Shown here piece after piece: positions 28,901 to 41,311 of a stretch of 64,000 nucleotides of DNA. Both the position numbers and the translations under genes were made by a program. Each line of letters opens with the position of its first letter. Within the stretch, counting starts at the first letter, position 1. The notes beneath the pieces were generated by a model that did no database searches, was not told where the DNA came from, and was given only the letters and a program-made list of their open reading frames with translations. Origin of the DNA: Chrysomallon squamiferum (Eukaryota; Animalia; Mollusca); NCBI GenBank assembly GCA_012295275.1, contig CM022668.1, positions 2,418,001 to 2,482,000 on the forward strand, read 5' to 3'.

Positions 28901-28960
28901 CAGTAATTGTTTAATTTTTTTTTTTTATTATTAAAAGTTTTCCCCCATCCCACAAAAATT

Positions 28961-29020
28961 CCCCTGCATGTGCTGTAACCTCAGCGTGGTGAGGATTCTC
29001 AGAATGGCCAATACCTGCAC
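28961..29020 (+). ncRNA. HDV-like ribozyme copy 1 (P1' strand mostly deleted)
   Basis: cccctgc...acc tcagcgt ggt...attctcagaatggccaatacctgcac at the LINE 5' end. Confidence 0.6.
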
Positions 29021-31670
29021 ATCTCCTCGTACGAGGCGCCTTGTTTGCCGTGAGGTGTGACCGGTGAAGTGGACGATGTGATCCTGGTGTCTGAGTCATG
29101 CTTAATGTCTGTAGTCGTGGATATCGCCATTGACAACACACCACTTTGACCCGGAGTTCATGTAGACGGGAGGTCAAGTTTGGCTCGATCTAATGAATTG
29201 GCTGGTACGCCAAGCTCAAGAGCTAACAACCATTGTTTTGTTTAATTTTGTCAGGAGCAAAGATGGTAACTTCTTGTCTGTATCTGTTGTTCTTGGACCG
29301 GTGGCTAGGGTCAATCAGGTGATTTATGTTTTTATTGTCTGAGTATATCGACCATATATCGCTGGCTGACTGTCTGGTGGTTATCCACAGCAGCATGTTC
29401 CCCTTGCTCCAAGGCTTGGCCAGTGAGCCTAAAAATGTAAAGAAATTCAGGAATGGCTCGTTGTTGGAAGAATGCTTAACAGAGAGTCATTCTAAAAATT
29501 ACTTAAGTCAAGATTTTTGTATGGAATACTAGATAGAGTCAGTCCGCACACAACACTGAAAACATCGGAAGGAGTGATTTGGTGTAGGGATCTGGAAAGT
29601 GTCAGTGAGGAAGAGGTTTGCAAAAATCTCTTCTCACAAGGTGTCACATCTGTCAAGCACAGAGAGGTGCATAGGAACAACGAACTCGTTACATCAAGTA
29701 CCTGTATTCTGACATTTGCATGTTCCTGATGTGCCTCTAAGATGCTTTAAATGTCACAAATATGGACATGGACAGAATACATGTCGTAACAGATTGACAG
29801 GTGCTCGATGTGGACAGGTTGACCATGAAGGCAAGACATGTCAAAATGATATGACATGTACCAATCGTGGAGGAAAGCACTTTGCGTACTCGCGAGAGTG
29901 CCCGAAATGAAAAATGGTACAACGAATAAAAGTCGAAAGAAAACTGTCATTTCCTGAGGCTAGAAAAGTGGTATAATTGTCTTCAACAGCGATAGCAAGT
30001 AAATCATATTGCAGCCGCTGTTAGGGTGTCTACAGCCAACATAGCCATTCAGACGGATTTAATATGGCCAATCGGTGTAGACAAATTTTAAAAGATTTCG
30101 GATATTGAAAAAAAAAACAACAAAGAAACATAATGCAAAAGCACAAAATTCTTTGGATTATAAAAATATTTCAAAGAGCTCATCTGCCGGGCTGCCAGCT
30201 TCCAGCAAGTTGCCTTCTGGAAAATAAACCAAGAATCAGAAAGATTAAAGAAAGCTGAAAAACAACTGATTCTGACCAATAATCCTTACAGAATGTTGGC
30301 TGATGTGGATGATCTGACGCATATATCAGTAAATCGTCCACAGCCTCGAAGGTCACCGAAGGAAAAATTAAACCCCATACTATCTACTAATGACTAATTC
30401 AGTCATTCAGTGGAACTGCCGCGGGCATAGGTTTAATTTTGATGCATTGAGCCTTTTAGTTGTTAAACGTAATTCCCTTGCAGTGTATCTTCAGTAAACT
30501 ACTTAAAGAGACTGGTCGTATTATTATTAGGGGATTTAACCTCTACCACAAATACCAGGAAACATAGAGCATCTGCAGGTATTTCTATTCTTGTTAATCA
30601 GAATAGTTATCCTAACTACCAGCTTACAGGGTGCAGCTGTTAAACACACAGCGCATAAAACTTTAACTCTGTGTTCAATTTATTTACCTCCTCGCAATCA
30701 TTTCAGTTTTAACCCCTCAAGAGCAAGATCTCATAGATCTCTGATGGGATGTTTCAATGGTCATCATACCTTGTGGGGGGATATGAAGAGGTTAATAACA
30801 GAGGTCAACAACTGGAAGACTTAATTCTCAAAAGTGATTTGATTCGCTTTAATGATAAAAGTAACATATTTTCATTCTGCAAGATATACCTTCAGTTCAA
30901 TAGATTTAACCCTTTGTAGTCCATTTTATCTCGATTTCGTCTGTAGTTGGTCCCGATCCTTGTGGTGGTGACCATTTTCCCCATTTTCATGGAGAATAAT
31001 GGACCACCTTCTCTTGAACGGGTTCAAAGATCAATTCTAACATATGTGCAGCGTTCGTCTTCCATTTTGAAGGACATCAAAGAAGACACTATACCTAAGA
31101 CTTCGGCAATACCAAAGCGTTTCAATAAACCTTGGTTTACTGATTCTTGTAAAGATGCAACCAAAGAGCGCAACAAGGCCTTGAAAAGGTTCAAACGGGA
31201 GCCAACTGAGGGCAATCTGGATGTTTATTGCATTGCTAGTGCAAAGGCACGCAGAGAAATTCGACAAAGTAAGATGACATCCTGGAGGAAATACATTACC
31301 AGTATCAATTCTCAAACACCAGTCAAATCTGTGTGGAATAGGATATGAAAAATCATAGGAAAGGCATCCAGTAACACTGTCCACCATTTATCAGTCAGTG
31401 ACAGAGATGTCACGTTCTCTGTGACATTAACTTTTCTCATAATTCTTCTTCTTTCAGTACAGATGATTTCGCATCTGTACGCAATAAAGCGGAAAAGCAG
31501 ACTATTAATTTTTCATCTGATAATGGTGAAGTAAAAAATAAGCCTTTTCCACACAATAATTGCAGGACGCTCTACATAGAGCTCATGACACTTCAGCAGG
31601 CCCAGATAAAATACACTATCAATCAATTAAGCATTTGCCCAGATCCTCTATCTTGCTTCTTCTTAGCATT
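28961..31670 (+). mobile_element. I-group (I/Nimb/Ingi-like) LINE: 5' end present, gag-like ORF1 and endonuclease decayed, truncated before the RT
   Basis: ORF1 remnants: VKKFRNGSLLEEC, PHTTLKTSEGVIWCRDL, CCHC knuckles RCFKCHKYGH...C..CG..DH...C. ORF2 remnants: VIQWNCRG, TLCSIYLPP, GCFNGHHTLWG, GGDHFPI, KPWFTDSCK, SAGPDKIHYQ. Many stops and frameshifts. Confidence 0.9.
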
Positions 31671-31673
31671 TTC

Positions 31674-31741
31674 CCCCTGCGTGTGTAGTAACCTGAGCGT
31701 GGTGCGGGGGTAAACATTCTCAGAATGGTTTACAACTGCAC
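31674..31741 (+). ncRNA. HDV-like ribozyme copy 2 (J4/2 mutated)
   Basis: P1 cccctgc/gcggggg, P3 acc/ggt, P4 cattc/gaatg, P2 gtgtagt/actgcac; J4/2 reads gtttac instead of gccaat. Confidence 0.6.
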
Positions 31742-31934
31742 AATTCCTCGTATGAGGAGACTTGTTTGCCGTGAGGTGTGACCGGTGAAGTGGACGATGT
31801 GATCCTGGTGGTTGAGTCATGGTTAATATCTGCAATCGAGTACATCGCCATTGACAACCCACCACTTTGACCCAGAGTTCACGCAGACCTGATCGGCTGG
31901 TCACGGTGGCGGGTGGGTCCATGGGTGAATACTT

Positions 31935-33140
31935 GAAACAAAAGAAAAAATGAAACTAATAAGATTTTTGGGTGGAACCCTTAAAAGGGTCCATACCGAC
32001 GTTTTATGTTGTTTGTCGTCTAAGTGCCGAAGAATATATTTTTGTAAAACTACAAAGTTATAACTTTTGAGCGGAAAGGAACTTTGGAAAAACTTTCACC
32101 GTTTGCAATATACACATGTAAATTATTATGTGAACATTCCGTCAGTTACTTATGTTAAAATAATACATTCTGTCATATATACATGAACATTATTATTATG
32201 TTAATATTTAACATTCTATAATAAATATATATACATTATTATTCTTATATAAAAATATAATATTCTGCAATATATACATATACATAATTATTGTATATAT
32301 GTATATTATTATGTTAAACCACCAAACAATGTGCTGTAACTTGTGCATTTATTTTTTTTATTATTTATTTATTTATTTATTTATTTTTTGTGCTGGGTTG
32401 TCGTTAAACATTCATTCATTCATTTATTCACGTTTTCTTTAATATTTTATTAAAGGTGTTTTTCCATCCCACACAAATTCCTCTGCGTGTGCAGTAACCT
32501 GAGCGTGGTGCGGGGGTGAACATTCTCAGAATGGCCAATAACTGCACAACTCCTCGTATGAGGCGCCTTGTTTGTCGTGGAGTTCATGGTTGATGAACTC
32601 TAGAAACAAAAGGTAAAAAAAAAAAAGAAACCATAATAAGATTTTTTGATGGAACCCTTAACAGGGTCCACACCGAATTTTTTTTAATTGGTTGTCGTGT
32701 AACTAAGGGTCGATGACTATATTTTTGAAAAACGTACGAAGTTCCTGTAACTTTTGCAGCTGAAGGTTTTTAGTTGACGGAACTTTAGCGAAATTTTCAC
32801 CGTTTGCAATGTATACATGTAAATTATTATTATGTCAAAAGTTAACATTCCGTCATAATGTATACATGTACATTATTAATTATGTTAAAATATAACATTC
32901 TGTCACGTATACATGAACACTATTATTATGTTAACATTTAACATTCTACAATAAATGTATAAACATTATTTTTATATGAATATAACATTCTATCATTATT
33001 ATAGTATTATGTTAAAATTTAACAATGAATATATACGCACACACACACATAGACACAGAGTATTATTCTTATATTAAAATTTAATATTCTATGATGCATA
33101 CATATACATTATTATTTTCATTTTAAAATTAATACATCGT
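31935..33140 (+). repeat. Two diverged copies (about 31935-32330 and 32600-33140) of a non-coding element with a hairpin head and AT-rich tandem tail; possibly Helentron/HINE-like
   Basis: taataagattttt..tggaacccttaa.agggtcca.accga, then taactttt...tttcaccgtttgcaat, then acattattat(tat)gttaa subrepeats in both copies. The family assignment is inference. Confidence 0.55.
32480..32547 (+). ncRNA. HDV-like ribozyme copy 3 (all helices formable)
   Basis: P1 cctctgc/gcggggg, P2 gtgcagt/actgcac, P3 acc/ggt, L3 tgagcgt, P4 cattc-tca-gaatg, J4/2 gccaa. Confidence 0.7.
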
Positions 33141-34989
33141 CATATATTCATGTCTGAAGTCATAAAAAGAGGAACTGGAAACGAAATCATAAATGTACAT
33201 GTCAAAATTATACATCTGTGATGCTTTTAGTTTTGTATAGCTCTTAACACTCTGTTTTTATTTATTTATTTATTATAGAAAACATAATCATTTTGTAGCA
33301 TTTTCCTTTAGTTCGGCTCAAAATAGCCAGTAAGGTTTTCCTGTTGGGATGTCGTTAAACATTCACTGATTCCTGCTTCCGTCAAAACTATACTGTTAAT
33401 ACCAAACTTGTTTTTAAAATTCACCGATGTATACTAATTTAAATGTTCATCTTATCAAAGAAGGCCCGATAAATATATATTTGTAAATTTGCATGATAAT
33501 AATTTTGACAGTTTCCTACAAACACAGTAAAAATAAAAAAAAAAAAATAAAAAGAAAGTAAAATTTGCGGAGACCATCTTAGAAGTAAAATGGAAGAATG
33601 ATTAGAAAAATATTGCTAGGTGAAAGAAAGGTGAAAACAGATATGAAATTTACAGATAAAACGTGGATCTACTTAGTGGGTCGAATCTGATATTTCCTTT
33701 ATAGGTGCAAGCTAAAACGTACTAACCCTTTGGGCCTTTTGTTTGACCTTGAATTCGACCTTGTACTCCAAGTTAAAATAAAAAAATTCTAGATATAATA
33801 TTTTTAGTTCAGTAGAGAAATATATTTTTAATGCTCTGTTGGGTCATGGCAACATTTCATAAAAAAAATAAAAACTCAAGTAATGGAAACTAAAATGGTT
33901 ATATAAGCACCATATAGTATTAGAAAAAAGTATCTGGCAGCAGCATTGATCAGAAAGGACGTTTTGTATTTAACATGTTCATTAATTTACAGAGTGTAAA
34001 TGTAATCATTTGAAATTTTATTGTTTCCCCTTTCGACACAATCCAGTTATTTTAGCAGTTCATGGTTGCTGCTATTTTACATTTGGGTGAGACTGGAAGA
34101 GATGGTGTAGATGGTTAACGAACATTTCAAACATGCTTCAGGTTTAGATTAGAGTCCTGGTTAAATTTACAGACACAGAAAAGTCGAGTTCCAAATGATC
34201 CAGTAAGAACACATCATTTCGGAGCAAAGCTGTGAATGAAGAAATTCCAATATATATATACATTTTTTTTTTTTTTTTTGGAAGTTGAAAGGTATAAAAG
34301 GAAACAATTGTGCAGAAGTAGCATTGAATAAATCAGATACGTAAACAATGGAAATATAACTTAGTAATGCAAATAAATAAATAAAATAATAATAATAATT
34401 TTTTTCAAAATGGACTGAAACAATATGGAAATATAATTTGTATAAAATAAAATATGAAAAAGGAACATGGTCATGACATTTAATTTTTTTTTAAAGAATG
34501 AATAAATAAATAAATATTATAAAATAATTAAACGAAACAAACCTCTGAAATAAAATTAAGCAAGTGACATTTAATTTCAGTGTAAAAGTAAGATAAATAC
34601 TACTACTTACTACTACTACTACTAATAATAATAATAAATAAAGGAAAAGATTCACTAAAGTATCAATTTTATGAACATTTTAAGGAATAGAATATTTCTA
34701 TTCGTGTTTTAATTCCTGCTCTTTCTTTATCAACGTAATATAATTGTTATTATTTATTGTCTTCAAGGACTGATTATATGGATCGACATCCGTGAATTCA
34801 GCACGTGGTCTTCTTAGTCTGGCCTTAAGTTTGTTAATGTTCTCCGGTCCAAAATCTGTTATTATAAATTTCGTTACGCTTCTAAAACGTCGGTTCATTA
34901 CTATCGTGTACCAGTCAACTTGTGCTAGAAATTTCTGCAGTCAGCGTTGTATTTTTTTGTAATTGCGTTTATTTCGTGCCACGATAAAC

Positions 34990-36165
34990 ATGGATCTAAC
35001 TTCGGAACAGATTAAAATGCTTAGGATATTTACTGATGTCTGCAAAGCAAATCCTGACATTTTGTATAGCCCTGAATTGGCGTTTTACAAAGAATGGTTA
35101 GAAAATCTGGGTGCTACCATCCCACCTAGAAAAGCCGCAAAGCAACAAAAACAACCGGATCAAAGTTCAGACAGTGCTAAAGCGACAAAACCCGAGCCCG
35201 AAGAAGAAGAAGAGGAAGAAATTGTTGAAAGTGACATAGAATACGAACCGTTGGAAACAGTAACTGATGACGACGAAGATTATCCGGAGTATGCAGACGA
35301 CAGCGCTGAAATTACAGATGAAATGATCGACTACGCTAACGAAAAGCGAAATGAAGCGATGGAAGCAGCGAACGATGGTCGTTTGGAGGATGCTATAGCA
35401 CTCTACAGTGATGCTATTAAAAACAATCCACATTCTGCATTGATGTATGCCAAAAGGGCAAGTGTATTTCTTAGAATGAAGAAACCCAAAAAAGCCATTC
35501 ATGACTGCTGTAAAGCAATTGAGCTGAATCCTGACTCGGCTACAGGATACAAGTGGCGTGGAAAAGCCAATAGAATGTTAGGTAACTGGGAAGAAGCCTA
35601 CCATGACCTGACCCTGGCTTGCAAACTGGATTATGATGATGATGCTAATGCTGTACTTCATGAAGTCACTCCAAATGCTAAAAAAATAATGGAACATAAT
35701 CGCAAGTACGACCGCTTGAGGGAAGAGCGTGAGATAAAGATGAGAAAAGAAAAGATTAGAAAGGCAAGAGAACAGTATGAGAAGGAGAAACAAGAACAGA
35801 GTCAGTATGGCGAAATGCCTGGACCAGGAGCAGGTTTCCCAGGCATGTCCTTCCCAGGAGGAATGCCAGCTGGGATGCCAGATCTGGGTCAGCTTCTCAG
35901 TGACCCAGAATTAATGGCAGCTTTTCAAGACCCAGAGGTTGTCACTGCATTCCAGGATGTTGCAGCAAACCCTGCCAACATCAGCAAGTATCAGAACAAT
36001 CCAAAACTTCAGGCTGTTATCAACAAAATGGCTAAGAAATTTGGAGGAGGTGCAGCAGAAGGGGCAGGATTTCCAGGAGCTGGTGCTGGTTTCCCTGGGG
36101 CCGGGGACTTTGGCACGTCAGAGTCGGGCAAATCTGCAAAAGATGAAAACAAGAACTATGGATGA
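34990..36165 (+). CDS. ST13: Hsc70-interacting protein Hip/ST13, 391 aa, intronless CDS
   Basis: ATG at 34990 (aaacATGG). N-terminal dimerisation domain ([28 protein letters not shown]), acidic linker, 3 TPRs ([11 protein letters not shown]..., [18 protein letters not shown]...), charged coil, GGMP-like repeats, STI1/DP domain ([13 protein letters not shown]...KYQNNPK). Confidence 0.96.
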   Translation: MDLTSEQIKMLRIFTDVCKANPDILYSPELAFYKEWLENLGATIPPRKAAKQQKQPDQSSDSAKATKPEPEEEEEEEIVESDIEYEPLETVTDDDEDYPEYADDSAEITDEMIDYANEKRNEAMEAANDGRLEDAIALYSDAIKNNPHSALMYAKRASVFLRMKKPKKAIHDCCKAIELNPDSATGYKWRGKANRMLGNWEEAYHDLTLACKLDYDDDANAVLHEVTPNAKKIMEHNRKYDRLREEREIKMRKEKIRKAREQYEKEKQEQSQYGEMPGPGAGFPGMSFPGGMPAGMPDLGQLLSDPELMAAFQDPEVVTAFQDVAANPANISKYQNNPKLQAVINKMAKKFGGGAAEGAGFPGAGAGFPGAGDFGTSESGKSAKDENKNYG

Positions 36166-39100
36166 AATGGACTGATACTGAGTGAGATAATGTATTTTTT
36201 TTTCAAAATCATAAAATGATTTGATAATATGAAAAGCCTGTTGGAAGCTTTGATTTGTGAATTCTTGCATTTTACCTGGACGTAATTATTACTCTTGAGT
36301 TTTATTTCAGTAGGAATTAAAAAAAATTTGACTTGAAAAATTGTTTCAAACTCGGCTGTTGGAATTGTATGCATGTATATGTAAACAGAAATTTCATTTG
36401 TTAAAACAATAAATTTAAGGAATACTGTGATTATAATTTTTAGTACAGAAAACATTGTAAAAATTGCATTTTACTAATACACTTCAGAAATAATTGATAT
36501 CACTTTTAAACAGCACCATGGTTCTCTGTTTGGTCAGCATTTTCTTAACATTCTTAATATTTTATTTAAACTTGCAGTTACATATCAGTTCATATTTACA
36601 CACTTCAGTATTTACTTTTCATTATGATTGTATATATTTTATTTAAGCAGAAAATAATTCAATACTTTGGTTTAAAAACAAAATTACATTAATTAACACT
36701 AATTTATTGATAAATAATTCTTTGAAAAACAAAATTAATATAAAAAAGAATTTAATTTGAATAAAATATAGTTTTATTATTAAAATAATTTTTTTCTTAG
36801 CATGATTATTAAAGTTGTTTTATTCATTACTTTGAATAATATCTTACTGTATTGAAACTTGAAGTTGAACTAAAATTATTTATCTCATGTTGAAGTATAT
36901 TCCTGAATACAGTTGAAATACACAGTTAATACAAGCATGACGTACAAGTTAAAGTGTAATTACTGATCATATAAATAAATTCACTGCATAAAAAATAATG
37001 ATACTTAAAACGTATTAACTGTTATCTGAGAATTGAAACAAGAAATATATACTAACTAGCACTTGTTATCTGCACAATGATAATATTATTATTTTTAGTT
37101 TTGTAATCAAGTTCTGATATGTATGTATAAAGGGTGTATACCAAAAAATTTGTATTATTAATATCACTAATACAAAATATTAAACATGTAGCAAAATATT
37201 CTACAACATGAAGAACATGTTTATATATATATATATATATAATGTTAAGTGCATTAAGTATTAAGCTTTTGTCGTGAAAAAGGAAATTTAATTACTTCTT
37301 ACTATAAACTTACATAAAAACATTTAACAAATGATATCACTAATTTTCAGGTTACCCAAATTTTTGCAGTAGTTGCTAGTCTGAAAATGCATTTAAGCTT
37401 GTTCACTCGCACAAATAATGTTGCTTTTTAAGTAATTGTTTATTTTCAAACTGTTCTTGTTGTGTAATTAAAAACATTTTAATTTTATTTTCTTGAAAAA
37501 TACAAAGGAAAATCAGTTTAAGCAGCAAGTGTATATAAATAAAAAGAATTCCTTATAAATAACATGGGCATTACTAAGCAATATTTTATTAAAATAACAA
37601 TTTATTCAGATTATTTGTATACTTGACAGATTTTTGGGGCATACATAATGTTGTTTTATATCACCACTTGCAGATTTTTTGTTTTTAATACATTACATAG
37701 ACTAGAAAGGCTGAGTTCTTTTTTATATTTTTTTTTTTTTTTTGTTGTTGTTGTTGTTGTAAATTAGCCAAAGTGGAATAGTCTTTATAGAGTTCTATTA
37801 TTTCAGTAGGCAATAATGTTATGTTATTTTGGGTTTAACTACATCAAATATTTAATTAAATTAATATTTATTATTTTATATATATATCAGTATTATAGTC
37901 TTCTTTTTTTTTAGCTTACATACAAACATTTGTTAATATTATGTGCACTTTATTTTCTGAATATTACAGAATATTATTTCATTAATACACTATTATTTAC
38001 ATGATTATATTGATTATCAAAACAATTGTTTTGCTATTTGTTTAAAAAAAATATTCTTGTTGAATAAACTTTTTTTTCTAGACTGATCCAAGATTGTTTT
38101 GATTTTATAAAATATTTCTTAAGTGTGAGTAATTTACTTAAGGAATGATTAGTTAAATTTGGACTGGGACAGTAACATTATTATTAAGAAATGAAAACTA
38201 GGATAAATGGTAGGACATTAATGAAACTGTTTTAATTATTTGTATTTCAGAAATGAAAACCTGACATTATGAAAAAAGTCTTTAACTTAAAAATTACAGA
38301 TATTAAACAACAAAACATTAAAGGATGAATTGAACATAAAATGCTACCTTTTTATTTATATGACTGATAAAATATTTGACTTCAGATGACAGGCTCCATG
38401 TGAATTTTTTTTTAAAATATATTGGTTTATTTTAAAATTAACCCACAGTTTAAAGACTCACTTGAAATAATAACAACAAAAATAAATAATAGAAATAATA
38501 ATTAAATTCAGATCTTTATTCAAGGATTAATAATAATAAAATAATGAAAAAACCCAAAATATATATACATTAGTTATAATAATAATAACACTGGGTATCA
38601 CCTTTACATCATCTTCATTAAGATAATTAATAAATTAAATTAATAAATATGTAGTTATGAAATGTTTTCCTTTTGGAATGTTGTCACTGAATTTTGTAAT
38701 GTTATTAAAGAAATCTTTCCAACCTGGCAATATAATTAACAGTGGTAAGAAAGTTTTTATATGCAATTTTTCAGTTGTGGAGCCTTGGTTGGAACAGGAT
38801 CTAGCCCAAAGACAGTAATGAAGAGGATAGATCCAACTACATTTCATTTGATGTGTGATACTACTAACATTAGCTTTTTTAAGTCTTGTTTGTATAATCA
38901 TAATATAAAAACAATTTCATGGTTTTTCTAAATTTAAATCCACTTTTTGAATTTACGTTTTATTTCTGGACACGAATTGACACAACACTCAGCTGCCACA
39001 GATGTTAATGAGAAATATAAATTAGAATGACCTTTCCAGATAACCAAAAAAACCAAACCCATCTTCTGTTAGGTTATTTGTGGAACTTTGCTGTATTTCA

Positions 39101-39405
39101 AGGATATTTCTCTCACAGAGGGTGTATTCAGTTTTTTCCATCTTCATTTCCGTTCCAGCAGGACTGTGAGTTAGTTTAAATTAAAATAGAAGTTTGTAGA
39201 TTTAAAATGAGCTTTTCAGGTATTAACAAAGTGAGTTTTTTATTTATTTTTTTTTTTTTTTTTTGATTATTATTTTTGTTTGTAGAAATCCATAACAGTT
39301 CATCAGTATTTTAGTCTGTTTGTTGCCTGCAGACAAGTTCTATGGTTCATTTGTACTCGTTTGATATAAACCTTCCCTGCATTCTTAATCAGAATAAATC
39401 TTAGA

Positions 39406-39510
39406 TAAAATAAAATAAAATAAAATAAAATAAAATAAAATAAAATAAAATAAAATAAAATAAAATAAAATAAAATAAAATAAAATAAAATAAAATAAAA
39501 TAAAATAAAA
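39406..39510. repeat. (TAAAA)n microsatellite
   Basis: About 21 perfect units. Confidence 0.95.
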
Positions 39511-41276
39511 TTTAAATTAAATTAAATTTAAAAAAAACTTTAAAAAAAACCCCACAACTAAACTAAAGTAATGAAATGAAATGAAATATAATAACAAAAT
39601 AACTAAGAAACACATATATTAATAATAATAACAATTGCTTGTACTGAGGTAATGCTCATCTTGTTTTGTGAAATAAAATAATAAAGACAAATTAAGTCCA
39701 AATGTTTTATTTTGGTACAGTAGAACAGGTTAATTCTCATATTTGTAATACTAGAAACATTCTTCAAAACTGAAACATCAACTCAAAGTCATTTACAATA
39801 CAATTTCATCACGTGATCAAGTTAAATGAAACCCACATGTAGTATACTATATATATATATCACATGATTTAATATACTGTACATGTTAACAACCATTCTT
39901 AATAGAATGACCCACCCACATAATCAATCTTTCCCCACTCTGACTAACAGAATTATATATTTTTTATTCTCTCTCTCTCACACACACATTTATGCACACT
40001 TTCTCTCTCTCTCCCCTTTTGGAATTTTCAATATTTATTCATGTTATTTTATGTAATTATTATTACTGTTGATCAATCATTTTAATACTGTCTTCTATTA
40101 ATTAATATATTTAATTTTTCATTAAAAAAAAACACCTGAGAATGGGCTTTATTTTTAATCTCTGCAATCAACAATATTTTATTACTTAAATTCTCTGTAA
40201 ATTCATTTTTAAATTTAACACAATTATTTTATTTTATTGTTTGTTTTGTATTTTTTTTAATTATTTTTTTTGTTGATATAAGTGGAAGATGTATTGTCAG
40301 ACAAAGTACCCATATTTACTTTTTCTTATTTGTTGTATTTGTTTAATTTAATCTTTACAAGAGAAAGTTGAGTTCTAGATTGTTCCTATTTTAATATGAA
40401 TATGTACAGATGAAGCTCTATTTACTGAAATATTTTTCAAATTACAATTATTTATCTTTATCATATCAGATATAACTACACATGATTCAAATTAATCCAG
40501 TTTCTGTTTAAATTTTTCTTTTTCCAGTTCATTTCTAGACTGTAAATGTATACATCTTACATTTTCAGTATAAATAAATTTTAATACAGAGAATGCACAC
40601 ATTTAAAAAAAAGTAACATATATTTTAGATTCCATTTTAATCAGGATACAAATAAAATTATAAAAAAAAATTTAAAATTTAAAAAAAATGTTTTACACTA
40701 TTCATTTTAAGTCATAAAAGGTTTTTGAATTTATGTTAATATTAAATGAAAATGGAAAGTTTATAAGAGTCATTACAAGAACTAAGACATCCAGAGATGA
40801 ATGGGTGACACACTGAGAGAGAGCTAACATTAAAGCTGAATTTTTGTACAGGAGGAATCTGGTTTCTCAAAGTTATAATAGAAAATGTAATAATAATCCT
40901 TTGAAGAAGAAGAAGAAGCTAATATATATATATATATATATCTACTATAGTCAATTAAAGGTGATATAGTTTGGATAAAGTGGTTTTGAAATCCTTTGAA
41001 TCGTCCTATTTTTCTGTGTGTGTGTTACATCCCACTGCAGAAAGACGTACGCGAAATGAAGGAAGTAAAAAGTGGATACAGGTAAATACACACGTGTGTA
41101 ACACTGGTTACTTTCACCATACAGTTCACTCTTAACAATATGATTTTAAAAACAACATTCCTAGGTTTCTTAACAAGAAGAAAAGACAAATTATTTCTAC
41201 TTTTTACTTCCCTGAATCCTCACCCCCCTCCCATGAAAACGAACGATTTCCTTCAGTGCAGAACGTAGTGACTTCC

Positions 41277-41311
<35 letters not shown>

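Noticed and set aside
28961-31890. LTR retrotransposon, suggested by direct repeats flanking gag-like sequence
   Set aside because: The interior encodes an apurinic-type endonuclease typical of LINEs; no protease, integrase, TG..CA ends or PBS seen.
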